Positions 8,795 to 17,610 of a DNA stretch of 32,000 nt are shown here, piece by piece (positions within the stretch are counted from its first letter, which is position 1; each line of letters opens with the position of its first letter). The notes beneath the pieces were generated by a model. The model made no database searches. It worked only from the letters and a program-made list of their open reading frames with translations, and was not told where the DNA came from. The position numbers and the translations under genes were made by a program. The stretch covers positions 1,080,001 to 1,112,000 of the forward strand of contig JBDHVY010000001.1 in NCBI GenBank assembly GCA_039809905.1. Direction: 5' to 3'. This stretch comes from Candidatus Babelota bacterium. Lineage in GTDB: Bacteria; Babelota; Babeliae; Babelales; Vermiphilaceae.

Positions 8795-10657
8795 ATGGTT
8801 ACTATGTTGCTCAAAAAATTATCTGTTTCAATGACCCTTATTTTTTCTTTTTTTGTTCCGATTCTAGCTGCAGATATAGTTGATACAATAAATGATTCAA
8901 TGAATGAATCAAATGATATCACTATACATAAAAAGCTTGAGTACAAATCTCCTCTTGAATTTAGACAAGCAATAGCCCGATATATAAAGCACACTGATAA
9001 ACATTATTTTAAGAATACACAACGAAATATTGATGACAATGTGGCATATAAAAAAGAATTGCGTTATTTGTTTACGAATTATGGTAGATTTTCAGCTACG
9101 ACATTAATGTATCGTGTACGCTCTGCTCATCAGACAATGATCAAAATTGATCCCAATAAAGAAGATGAAGCGTATCAAAAATATGAACAGATCTGTAGCG
9201 TATTACTTTTGACATGTGCCTATGTTTTTTTGAATGATATGCGCAATGAGATTCTGCAAGCTCTTGATGATATTGATAATCTTATTGCTTATTGGCGCTT
9301 TCAATACAATCATAAAATGAGATATTTTTTTAATAAATCACCATTTAAATGGATTGCCGGTAAACCACAAGAAAAAGAAATCGCTTATAATATATTCAGA
9401 CTTGAGCGTAAGCAAAAACAATTGTATAAAATGCTGGGAATTTTGACGGAGCATGCTCATCGATTTACTACCGTAAAACCATATTATGAAGATTGTTATT
9501 TATGGATTCAAGAATTATTGACAATTACGGGACCCATTAAAAATGAATCAAAATATAATGTTGATGGTTCATTGTTTGATCTGGTTGCAGGACATTTGGA
9601 ATTAAAACTTAAGCACGTTTCTTTGGTTAAACAGAGAATTATGAATTCGCTTACATCAGCTCAAAAACCACATCATTTTGTGCGTAATTGGATTGGATAT
9701 ACCACCATGATTGCAATTGCTGGATGTTGTATTAAGTATCATTTGCGCAATCCTGAAAATATTCCTTTGGCAGTAAAAAAAATAACAAGTTCAATGCAAA
9801 CAGTTGGAAAAAGTATTGTTATTGACCCTATGATAGATTTGTGGAAGGTTCTTTTTGGAACTAGCTCAGAAGATTCTATCACAGGAATTGAAGAAAAGGT
9901 TGAAAATATACAAAAGCTATCTGAAAAGTTGCAATCGGAGATATCCAGGTTAACTGCTCAAGATGCCCAATCCTTGAAAGAGTATGCTCTTGAATATCTT
10001 GATCGCGTATTAACAGGAATGAAAGTTGCAAATAAAGACGAAATAATGAAAGATGCAGCTGCTGGTGAATTGAAAAAGCTGGGCGAGCTTTTTGAAAATA
10101 CGAAAATTATCAAAGTTAATTATGATGATAATAAAATTGATTTAGGTATTGCAATTTTCTTTTTAATGCTTGATAAGATATTTGGTTCATTGCAGCAATA
10201 TCCTGAACTTATTGATAAAATTATTGTTCCTTTGGTTCAAACAATAGGATTTTTGTTCGTAGATATTGGAAGTATTGTTGGCGATGCTGTTAAAAATAAT
10301 TTTTGGACGGCAAAACTAGCAGCATTTACACCCTTAATGGGAGGTTCTGTTGGAGCATACAAAGTATATCGGTGGTCTACGACGCGCAATTATTCACCCA
10401 TACGAATTGCACTTGCAGATGTGAATGCATTATTGATAGAATCGGAAAAACAGCTTGATGATCATGATTATGGCAAGCTTATGTATCTTATTTCTAAGCT
10501 TCGACATAAATCAGTATGCTTAAAAGATCCATTAACAGATGAATTTTTAACAGATATTGCCAAAATTGAATCAAAACAATTTTCTGCTTATACAAAACGT
10601 GATATTGTTGAAAATATGTTTAATAAATACGCGTTCTTGGGACGCGTTGCAGTATAG
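8795..10657 (+). CDS. Large hypothetical secreted/membrane protein, paralogue of the next gene
   Basis: Signal peptide MLLKKLSVSMTLIFSFFVPILAA. Contains YWRFQYNHKMRYFFNKSPFKWIAGKPQEKEIAYNIFRLERKQKQLYKMLG and internal TM segments. Confidence 0.8.
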   Translation: MVTMLLKKLSVSMTLIFSFFVPILAADIVDTINDSMNESNDITIHKKLEYKSPLEFRQAIARYIKHTDKHYFKNTQRNIDDNVAYKKELRYLFTNYGRFSATTLMYRVRSAHQTMIKIDPNKEDEAYQKYEQICSVLLLTCAYVFLNDMRNEILQALDDIDNLIAYWRFQYNHKMRYFFNKSPFKWIAGKPQEKEIAYNIFRLERKQKQLYKMLGILTEHAHRFTTVKPYYEDCYLWIQELLTITGPIKNESKYNVDGSLFDLVAGHLELKLKHVSLVKQRIMNSLTSAQKPHHFVRNWIGYTTMIAIAGCCIKYHLRNPENIPLAVKKITSSMQTVGKSIVIDPMIDLWKVLFGTSSEDSITGIEEKVENIQKLSEKLQSEISRLTAQDAQSLKEYALEYLDRVLTGMKVANKDEIMKDAAAGELKKLGELFENTKIIKVNYDDNKIDLGIAIFFLMLDKIFGSLQQYPELIDKIIVPLVQTIGFLFVDIGSIVGDAVKNNFWTAKLAAFTPLMGGSVGAYKVYRWSTTRNYSPIRIALADVNALLIESEKQLDDHDYGKLMYLISKLRHKSVCLKDPLTDEFLTDIAKIESKQFSAYTKRDIVENMFNKYAFLGRVAV

Positions 10658-10663
10658 AAGTTG

Positions 10664-10718
10664 ATGTAAGAAGTATAACCTAGTGTCTTTTAAGGCAAAT
10701 AGGTTATGCTTCTTACAT
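10664..10718 (+). terminator. Strong intergenic hairpin between the two paralogous secreted-protein genes
   Basis: atgtaagaagtataacct (10664-10681) pairs with aggttatgcttcttacat (10701-10718), 17/18 Watson-Crick pairs plus one G-T. Confidence 0.7.
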
Positions 10719-10743
10719 AATATATTTTTATGCAGGAGATGGC

Positions 10744-12300
10744 ATGACACTGTCTATTAAAAAATTAGTCTTTTTTTCTCTGATCACTTATTCCGTAAAC
10801 ATTATTTCAATACCGCAACAGATTTCTGATATTATAAGCGCACGCAGAGCGCGGCTATCACAAGCTCCTTTAAAAACAATAGATGAGGCTCTTTCTGTAT
10901 TAACAATATCTATCGCTCATTTTCCTAAAGATGAGCGAGATATTCAGGCATATGAAAAAAAACAAGCTGAGATATGCGTTAAAGCTGCCAGAATGCTGTA
11001 TGGTGTTGCACGGGTTCAAATACTTGAAGCTCTTTCAGAAATTGATAATCGAATTACCTATTGGCAGTATCAAAAAGATCATCAATGGAATTATTTTTTA
11101 AGTAAAAATCCTCTCAAATGGGTAACTGGTCCTAAGCAAGAAGACGAAATAGAAAATAATCTTGAATTGCTCGAAAGTCATCAAGGCGAATTATATGCTC
11201 TTTTGGGACAATTATCAGAACAAGGAAATATTTTTAATCAGCAATACAAGGATGTTTTTTTAACTGATTATACGCAAGCATATAAATGGATAGATTCTTT
11301 GCTTGTTACCTTAATGCGCATAAAGCCGAATGCAAATCTTAAAGCAAATAATCCTACATTTATTGCAAGAGCAGAATCGTTAAAAATAAAATTGCAGAAC
11401 GTTGCTCAATTTAAAGATCAACTTTTATCTGATATGCCAGAGACTGGCATTCCATCATATTTTATGCGTAATTGGCTTAAAGTGAGTTCATTGTTGCTGG
11501 GTTTAAGCTATGGATATAAAAATTTTACATTGCAGCAATTACAACAACCGATTGTTGCTATTGGCAAAGAGATAGAAAGAAATGTTATCGATCCTGTACA
11601 ACTTATTATAAAAGATGTTTTTTTTGGTGGTTCTTCACAAGAAGATCTTTTGATATCTCAAAAAAATATTGATGTTATGTATAATACCGTAAAAGCATTC
11701 TTAGATACCCTTTCAACTGAGAGTGGTTTAGTTCGAAATCTTGATATAACGGAAGAAGGAAAGCAGGCAATACTTGCTGAAATTAAGTCTGGAAATAGTA
11801 GTTTGTTTCAGGCATTAACAGATGAATTATCTCGCGGTGGTATCTTAAAAAAGAAAAAATGGCTTGATGCAAAGGCTGTACTATATGATTTATATCTATT
11901 GCAATCAGGCGCACGTATTCAAAGAACATTAGCAGGAGTTGGTAAACTTGCATTCATGACACCAGCAATTGCCTCTACGTGGCTTGCATATGCTGGATAT
12001 CAAAAATTTGCTGAAAAAAATTATTATCCATTGCGCTATGCGCTTGTTGAAATCAATTCATTGTTTGTTGATGCTTCACGTCCGATGAATGATGAACAAT
12101 ATGGCAAAATGATCTATTTGATTCATATGCTAAAAAAACAAGCAAGAAAAGATTTGCCCACAAAAAAAAATCTTCAGGCAGATTTTATTCTTGATCTTGA
12201 AAAAATCGAATCATCAGAATTTAATGTTGCCGCAAAACGAGCAATCATTGAAGATATGTTCAAAAAATATGATTTTTTAGGTTTAATTCAAAAAAAATAG
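10744..12300 (+). CDS. Large hypothetical secreted/membrane protein, paralogue of 8795..10657
   Basis: YWQYQKDHQWNYFLSKNPLKWVTGPKQEDEIENNLELLESHQGELYALLGQ aligns with the previous gene. Both end with (I/V)(I/V)E(D/N)MF(K/N)KY(D/A)FLG. Confidence 0.8.
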   Translation: MTLSIKKLVFFSLITYSVNIISIPQQISDIISARRARLSQAPLKTIDEALSVLTISIAHFPKDERDIQAYEKKQAEICVKAARMLYGVARVQILEALSEIDNRITYWQYQKDHQWNYFLSKNPLKWVTGPKQEDEIENNLELLESHQGELYALLGQLSEQGNIFNQQYKDVFLTDYTQAYKWIDSLLVTLMRIKPNANLKANNPTFIARAESLKIKLQNVAQFKDQLLSDMPETGIPSYFMRNWLKVSSLLLGLSYGYKNFTLQQLQQPIVAIGKEIERNVIDPVQLIIKDVFFGGSSQEDLLISQKNIDVMYNTVKAFLDTLSTESGLVRNLDITEEGKQAILAEIKSGNSSLFQALTDELSRGGILKKKKWLDAKAVLYDLYLLQSGARIQRTLAGVGKLAFMTPAIASTWLAYAGYQKFAEKNYYPLRYALVEINSLFVDASRPMNDEQYGKMIYLIHMLKKQARKDLPTKKNLQADFILDLEKIESSEFNVAAKRAIIEDMFKKYDFLGLIQKK

Positions 12301-12331
12301 ACTGTAGCAAAAGATATTTTTCTGCTATTAT

Positions 12332-12369
12332 CAAAAAACGATGAAACGTTTTTGTCTCATCGTTTTTTG
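12332..12369 (+). terminator. Rho-independent-type terminator
   Basis: caaaaaacgatga / tcatcgttttttg, 13-bp perfect stem with U-run. Confidence 0.85.
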
Positions 12370-12419
12370 TGTTATGTAAAAAACTTTTTATACATCATCG
12401 CGTATGTGAAAGGGCGAAA

Positions 12420-12971
12420 ATGGCGGCGTTTAATCGTATTATTATAGTGGGTAACTTAACCAGAGATCCTGAATATCGCACTATTGCTTCAGGGCAAGCG
12501 GTATGTCGTTTGGCATTAGCAACAAACCGTCAATTCAAAAATAAGCAAACAGGAAGTATGGTTCAGGAAGTTTGTTATATCGATGTTGATGTGTGGGGAA
12601 CGCAAGCGGAAAGTTGTCGTCAGTATTTACAAAAAGGTCGACCGGTTCTTGTAGAAGGTCGTTTGAAACAAGATTCTTGGGATGATCAATCAGGCCAAAA
12701 ACGTACAAAGCATTCAATTGTTGCTGAACGTGTAGTGTTTTTAGGCAATGGTTCTTCAGCTGAAATGTCATTAGGTACATCATTGGAAGATGATGCTGGC
12801 CCTCAACTTAATCCACAAAACCCTGTTGAACGTGATTTGCTCGCGCAATTAGAAAAGGCGCAGACACGAGTTAAAGCAGCAAAGAATAGTAATAAACAAG
12901 AACCAGCTCCATCAACAGGAGAAATTGATTTTCAAGATACTCCTCCATTTGAAGACAATTTACCCTTCTAA
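12420..12971 (+). CDS. ssb: Single-stranded DNA-binding protein
   Basis: FNRIIIVGNLTRDPEYRTIASGQAVCRLALATNRQFKNKQTG...CYIDVDVWGTQAESCRQYLQKGRPVLVEGRLKQDSWDDQ, acidic C-terminus DTPPFEDNLPF. The track ORF starts at 12369; the Met at 12420 is the likely start. Confidence 0.95.
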   Translation: MAAFNRIIIVGNLTRDPEYRTIASGQAVCRLALATNRQFKNKQTGSMVQEVCYIDVDVWGTQAESCRQYLQKGRPVLVEGRLKQDSWDDQSGQKRTKHSIVAERVVFLGNGSSAEMSLGTSLEDDAGPQLNPQNPVERDLLAQLEKAQTRVKAAKNSNKQEPAPSTGEIDFQDTPPFEDNLPF

Positions 12972-12993
12972 CAGCTTATGTTACAAAAGCTCT

Positions 12994-13024
12994 TAGCTCT
13001 GCTGTAAAAAGCAGAGCTATTTTA
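12994..13024 (+). terminator. Terminator downstream of ssb
   Basis: tagctctgc-tgtaaaaa-gcagagcta, 9-bp perfect stem, then tttt. Confidence 0.75.
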
Positions 13025-13116
13025 ATGCAAAAATAAATACTATTTGAATTTTGTTGACACCATAAGGCCTTTTTTGTCACGATGAAATCAGAGGCGTTGC
13101 TAAATAAGGGATGGTA

Positions 13117-13602
13117 ATGAAAAAAAATAGTAATAATAAGACTTTTAAGCATAAAATTTTTAATTTTTTATTTATTATACTTTGTTTGTCATCTCCTAAA
13201 GCATCTTTAATAGCTTCAGATTCACATCAGATTAATCTATCATTTGATTCTCTTTTTTATGCGACATGGTATCAAAAGGCTGTTGAATTAACTCTTTCAG
13301 TATGGCAAACTCTCGCGCAGGTTTTTGAAAAAAATGATGAAATTCCCTATGAAATCTTGCTTGGAAAATTGTCATATGCATATTTTTGTGTGAACCGCAT
13401 GCAGCAAGAAAAAGTTGTATCTCTTGCTGATGATACTGCTTATTTTATGACGGCATTACGTAAAATACAGGATCTTTTCAGCTTTATAGCAATACATGAA
13501 AAAAATTATGATTTTATTGTCTGTGCGCAAGAAATAATTTCGCTCATACAAAAGAGCTTTTATAGTCCAGTTTCCGATTCTCTTAAACCGGACACCCAAT
13601 AG
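13117..13602 (+). CDS. Hypothetical secreted protein
   Basis: Signal-peptide-like HKIFNFLFIILCLSSPKASLIAS. No recognised domain. Confidence 0.6.
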   Translation: MKKNSNNKTFKHKIFNFLFIILCLSSPKASLIASDSHQINLSFDSLFYATWYQKAVELTLSVWQTLAQVFEKNDEIPYEILLGKLSYAYFCVNRMQQEKVVSLADDTAYFMTALRKIQDLFSFIAIHEKNYDFIVCAQEIISLIQKSFYSPVSDSLKPDTQ

Positions 13603-13625
13603 AAGTGAGACGATATTGGGTAATA

Positions 13626-14894
13626 TTATAAATACCACGAAATATCGATTCCATATGTCCCACCAACAACATTTGTATTAAAAATACGAGATCCTGCAAA
13701 CTCAAGATTATAAAAAAGACCAATACGATGACCAGTGTGAGAATGTTCTCGAGCGCTATCATATTCTACAAGAAAGTTCACTGTATGCATGTTCCAGCCT
13801 GCAAGCATTGCGTCAGAATTAATTACAGCACAATTAAACTCATTTTTTGTTAATGGAGTAAGGCGATTTTTTTGCTGGGATGCAAATGAATATGCAGCAG
13901 TTACTGATACACCATGTCCTACATGATCAGCTTTAAAATAAAGACCAGCATTAACTAATGGACCTCGATGATCAGAAACAGGTGCTGATGCTAGTTTAAT
14001 AATGCCACTTTGATTGATGTCTGTTTTAATGCGCATTGTTCGGTCTTTGTTAATAAAGAAAAGTGCATTAAGATATCCTCCAATAGTAACCCATTCATAA
14101 AATCCTATCGATGCTGCAGCACATAAAGGGAATCCCCAATGCCCATTATAACCAGTAGGTAATGAAAACAATTCATTTTCATTGCGTTGTTTTCCGGTAG
14201 GAGCTAAAAATCCAGTCATGCCTGTAAAATCGATAAAGTCGAGCCTTGTAGTATCTTGATAATTATGTGTCCACCCAATCCATGATGAAAGATCTCCCAC
14301 CCCAGTGCTTGTTGTTGCACTGGCATTAATGCCGTAATGTGCCAAAAGAGGGTAGAGATGGCTTGTTGTTTCTTGCCAGATAGGAGTGGTTTTATTTGGG
14401 AATATGGTATCATCGGGAGAAAGATCAATAAAGGTGAGATCGTTTATGGTCAGTTTTCTGATCGGCATATGGAAAAATAAAAAGAAGCCTTTATTCAAAT
14501 TCTGAGTGAAAGACATGTTAGCTTCTATTATTTTAAACTTTCCATTGAGTGAAAATGTTGCAAAGCCTGGCCGTTCAGGAAGTTTCTGTAACTCTGTTAA
14601 GAGCTTGTCATAGGGATTGTTTTGGTCTTGAAATGCTGTGCCTACATTGATGTTTTTCAATGAATGAGTGCCATATATATCCAATAGAGGAACAATAGTA
14701 TTATTTCCAGAGCGACCTTGCGTTGTTGACCCTCCGCCTAAAGTGATATTAAAGGTGGTGAGATAGTCATGTTCAAGGCGGGGCTCAAGAAACATGTTGG
14801 TTGCACGGTAAAAATGAGGATTATCAAGTGCTGGTAATGGCCTATAGCTCGATGTAGCAATGATAATCAGTAAATAATAGGTATATTTCTTCAT
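13626..14894 (-). CDS. Putative outer-membrane beta-barrel protein
   Basis: Signal peptide MKKYTYYLLIIIATSSYRPLPALD, alternating amphipathic strands and Gly/aromatic content, ends ...NTNVVGGTYGIDISWYL. Pattern-based only. Confidence 0.6.
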   Translation of the reverse strand: MKKYTYYLLIIIATSSYRPLPALDNPHFYRATNMFLEPRLEHDYLTTFNITLGGGSTTQGRSGNNTIVPLLDIYGTHSLKNINVGTAFQDQNNPYDKLLTELQKLPERPGFATFSLNGKFKIIEANMSFTQNLNKGFFLFFHMPIRKLTINDLTFIDLSPDDTIFPNKTTPIWQETTSHLYPLLAHYGINASATTSTGVGDLSSWIGWTHNYQDTTRLDFIDFTGMTGFLAPTGKQRNENELFSLPTGYNGHWGFPLCAAASIGFYEWVTIGGYLNALFFINKDRTMRIKTDINQSGIIKLASAPVSDHRGPLVNAGLYFKADHVGHGVSVTAAYSFASQQKNRLTPLTKNEFNCAVINSDAMLAGWNMHTVNFLVEYDSAREHSHTGHRIGLFYNLEFAGSRIFNTNVVGGTYGIDISWYL

Positions 14895-15045
14895 ACGATT
14901 TCAATCTTTCTTATAGTTGCACCAACAATAATGGTAGCATAAAAAGCAATTTTTTTTAAGATTCATTGCTCCATAACGAGTATCTGATATACTAAATACA
15001 TGTATTATTTTTTTAAAACATGGTTATTAAGGGGGATTTGTTATT

Positions 15046-15597
15046 ATGAATGACAATGATAAATTTAAGAAATTTTTTGGTTTTGGTGGTAATGATGATG
15101 CGCAAGAATCTCAATCTGAAGCACATGAATCAACAGTGAATGATAAAGAAAGTTCAGAAAAAGCACAAGCGCATATTTCTGAATGGGCAGATAAATATTT
15201 AACACTAACAGCTGATTTTGAAAATTACAAAAAACGAGTGAGCACTGAGCGAGCTGATTGGGCAAATGAAGCTCAAAAGAAGGTTTTCTTAGATTTATTG
15301 GCTGTTATCGATAATTTTGAACGAGCTCTTGACCAAGAAAAAAAGAGAGAATCAGCAGAAGGGATATCCTGGCTTGCAGGATTTGAGATGATTTATCAAT
15401 CACTTGAAAAAATGCTTGCAAAATATGGAGTTCAAGAAATTACTGATTTTTCAGTATTTAATCCTAAGTATCATGAAGCTCTTGTGCAAGTTGCATCTGA
15501 TAAGCATAAATCAGGCGAAATTGTGCAGGTGTTTCAAAAAGGATACACGATGCATGATAAAGTTATTAGACCTGCTACAGTTAGTGTTGCACCATAA
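15046..15597 (+). CDS. grpE: Nucleotide exchange factor GrpE
   Basis: ADYLTLTADFENYKKRVSTERADWANEAQKKVFLDLLAVIDNFERAL...GLEMIYQSLEKMLAKYGV-like, C-terminal VFQKGYTMHDKVIRPATVSVAP. Confidence 0.95.
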   Translation: MNDNDKFKKFFGFGGNDDAQESQSEAHESTVNDKESSEKAQAHISEWADKYLTLTADFENYKKRVSTERADWANEAQKKVFLDLLAVIDNFERALDQEKKRESAEGISWLAGFEMIYQSLEKMLAKYGVQEITDFSVFNPKYHEALVQVASDKHKSGEIVQVFQKGYTMHDKVIRPATVSVAP

Positions 15598-15598
15598 T

Positions 15599-16345
15599 AT
15601 GTCTGCAGCTGTTATCCGCCAAGAATTAAAAAAACATATAAATCCTGCAAAAGCAGCACAACCTTTATTTTTTAAAACAGGTTTGGGTGGGTATGCTGAG
15701 CATGATCAATTTCTTGGTATTTCAGTTCCTATTCTTCGTACTATTGCGCGTCAGTTTTGTGATGCATCATTTTCTGATATAACAATTTTATTGCAATCGA
15801 AATTTAATGAAGAGCGCTTATTAGCGCTTTTTATTTTGATTATACAATACAATAAAAATAATCGGTTAATATGGGGTCCCCGTGCGCAATCTAATGAGCA
15901 TGGGGTTAATGTAACAAAACAAAATATCTACAATTTTTATACTGCACACATAGCGCACATCAATAATTGGAATTTAGTAGATGCTTCAGCGCATGAAACA
16001 ATTGGCGCATATTTATTTCATTACACGCGCGATAAAAATGTACTGCTTATATTAGCTCATTCAGATAATCTTTGGCAGCGCCGCATTGCAATGATTGCAA
16101 CGCTTTATTTTATTCGTCAAGGCGATACATCATGGACGTATGATATTGCAGATATTTTATTGCATGATACGCATGATTTGATTCATAAAGCAGTTGGTTG
16201 GATGCTGCGTGAAGCAGGTAAAAAAAATGAAGATGAATTAAAACATTTCTTAAACAAGCATGCACATCATATGCCCAGAACAATGTTGCGCTATGCAATT
16301 GAAAAATTATCTCCCGATATGCGCGCATTCTATATGAATCAATAG
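15599..16345 (+). CDS. DNA alkylation repair enzyme (AlkD-like HEAT repeat family)
   Basis: MSAAVIRQELKKHINPAKAAQPLFFKTGLGGYAEHDQFLGISVPILRTIAR, NEERLLALFILI, HINNWNLVDASAHETIGAYL, WQRRIAMIATLYFIRQGDTSWTYDIADILLHDTHDLIHKAVGWMLREAGK. ATG at 15599, directly after the grpE stop. Confidence 0.9.
   Translation: MSAAVIRQELKKHINPAKAAQPLFFKTGLGGYAEHDQFLGISVPILRTIARQFCDASFSDITILLQSKFNEERLLALFILIIQYNKNNRLIWGPRAQSNEHGVNVTKQNIYNFYTAHIAHINNWNLVDASAHETIGAYLFHYTRDKNVLLILAHSDNLWQRRIAMIATLYFIRQGDTSWTYDIADILLHDTHDLIHKAVGWMLREAGKKNEDELKHFLNKHAHHMPRTMLRYAIEKLSPDMRAFYMNQ
15873..15905 (+). repeat. Dispersed palindromic repeat copy E3 (33 nt), in frame inside the AlkD-like gene
   Basis: ggggtccccgtgcgcaatctaatgagcatgggg, preceded by ttaatat like other copies. 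Encodes most of the segment GPRAQSNEHGV. Confidence 0.65.
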
Positions 16346-16479
16346 ACTACTTATCTCATTGTTTTTTTATATTTTCCTGTTACCTTAATAGTAATTTTTT
16401 ATTGAATGTATTTATGAAATACATTCTTTTATTTGAATAAAATATTCTACAATTTACATAATTTATAGAGGTTTTCATT

Positions 16480-17418
16480 ATGCAAAAAATGAAATTGATG
16501 GTGGGTCTGTTGGCATTTACTTGCGCAAGTGTGCAAGGTGCGGATCATAGACATGGCAATCAAGGACGAGAAGCTAATCGATTTGGTGACAGAAATCAGC
16601 AACGAACAGCGCTAGAAATTGAACAAGGCTTTTCTGCGCCAGAAGGAAAAAATGATGCTTGGCAACCGCCAAGAGAATGGCCTATCATTACGAAAGTATA
16701 TGGTGTTGGGGCAGAAAATCTGAAAAAAAGTCAGGTTTCAATGATGTTTACGCCAAAGAGCGATAAGCTTTATCATAGCCAACTGAGTATTACAAAAAAG
16801 CAGGGTACAGTGTATTCACCTGTTCCGTTACAAAACCTTAACCTTCCACTAACACTGAATCTTCCAGAATCTCAACAAAATGTGAAATATCTCGATGTTA
16901 CAACCATTATTAGAACTCTTCCAGAGACAGTTCAATATTTTGAAGGATCTCAACAAAAAGCAATGACTGGTATTGAATTCTTAAATAACTTCATTTATTA
17001 TGCTAATAATGGAAATTATGAGAGTGCGCTTGGTATGTTATCTTGTTTGCAGGGCCAAAAAGCAGCAGATTTTGGACATGCTATAAAGCCTGTGCTTCAA
17101 GAAGATGCTGTAAAAAATGTCCTTGAAGCAAAGGTATCTTGGGCTGATGGTGTTGTAGGAAGTCTTAGTGCGTTTATGAAGATGGCAGAAAAAGCGGCAA
17201 AAAATGCAGGAAAACAATTGCAAGACGGTGCTGCGGGTATATCGGAAGAAGCTTTGAAAAAGGCTATGCAGTTGAAAGATCAGGCTGCGTATCAAGCTGC
17301 AACCTTTCTAGGCAAATTTAATATGGCATTTACAAAACGTGTTAATGCTTGGGGTGGTATGGTGATTGGTGCCGCTTTGTTTTATGGTGCTTTAAAATAT
17401 TTTGATAAATTAAAATAA
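16480..17418 (+). CDS. Hypothetical secreted protein with C-terminal transmembrane segment
   Basis: MKLMVGLLAFTCASVQGADH signal peptide; C-terminal GGMVIGAALFYGALKYFDKLK. Confidence 0.75.
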   Translation: MQKMKLMVGLLAFTCASVQGADHRHGNQGREANRFGDRNQQRTALEIEQGFSAPEGKNDAWQPPREWPIITKVYGVGAENLKKSQVSMMFTPKSDKLYHSQLSITKKQGTVYSPVPLQNLNLPLTLNLPESQQNVKYLDVTTIIRTLPETVQYFEGSQQKAMTGIEFLNNFIYYANNGNYESALGMLSCLQGQKAADFGHAIKPVLQEDAVKNVLEAKVSWADGVVGSLSAFMKMAEKAAKNAGKQLQDGAAGISEEALKKAMQLKDQAAYQAATFLGKFNMAFTKRVNAWGGMVIGAALFYGALKYFDKLK

Positions 17419-17434
17419 CTTAAGAATATTTTTC

Positions 17435-17484
17435 GAAAGCACTGGTAACTGTATTAAAACAATTGCCAGTGCTTTCTTTTTTTA
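17435..17484 (+). terminator. Rho-independent terminator
   Basis: gaaagcactgg / ccagtgctttc, 11-bp perfect stem, then ttttttt. Confidence 0.85.
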
Positions 17485-17566
17485 TGTATATTTTGAACTG
17501 GGTTGGGACGTTACAGCGAAAATCATTATATTGTCTTGAAAATATCAGCTAAAAATCTCTTAATAT

Positions 17567-17600
17567 GGGGTCCCCAGTCGGAATAAAATAGAGACTGAGG
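17567..17600 (+). repeat. Dispersed palindromic repeat copy E4 (34 nt), 10 nt upstream of a start codon
   Basis: ctcttaatat|ggggtccccagtcggaataaaatagagactgagg|ctataaaaatATG. Hairpin ccccagtc/gactgagg (7/8 pairs). Confidence 0.8.
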
Positions 17601-17610
17601 CTATAAAAAT

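Noticed and set aside
15404-15598. Extended N-terminus of the AlkD-like ORF as given in the track (from 15404)
   Set aside because: It overlaps grpE out of frame. The ATG at 15599 (MSAAVIRQELKKHINP) gives the normal protein start right after the grpE stop.
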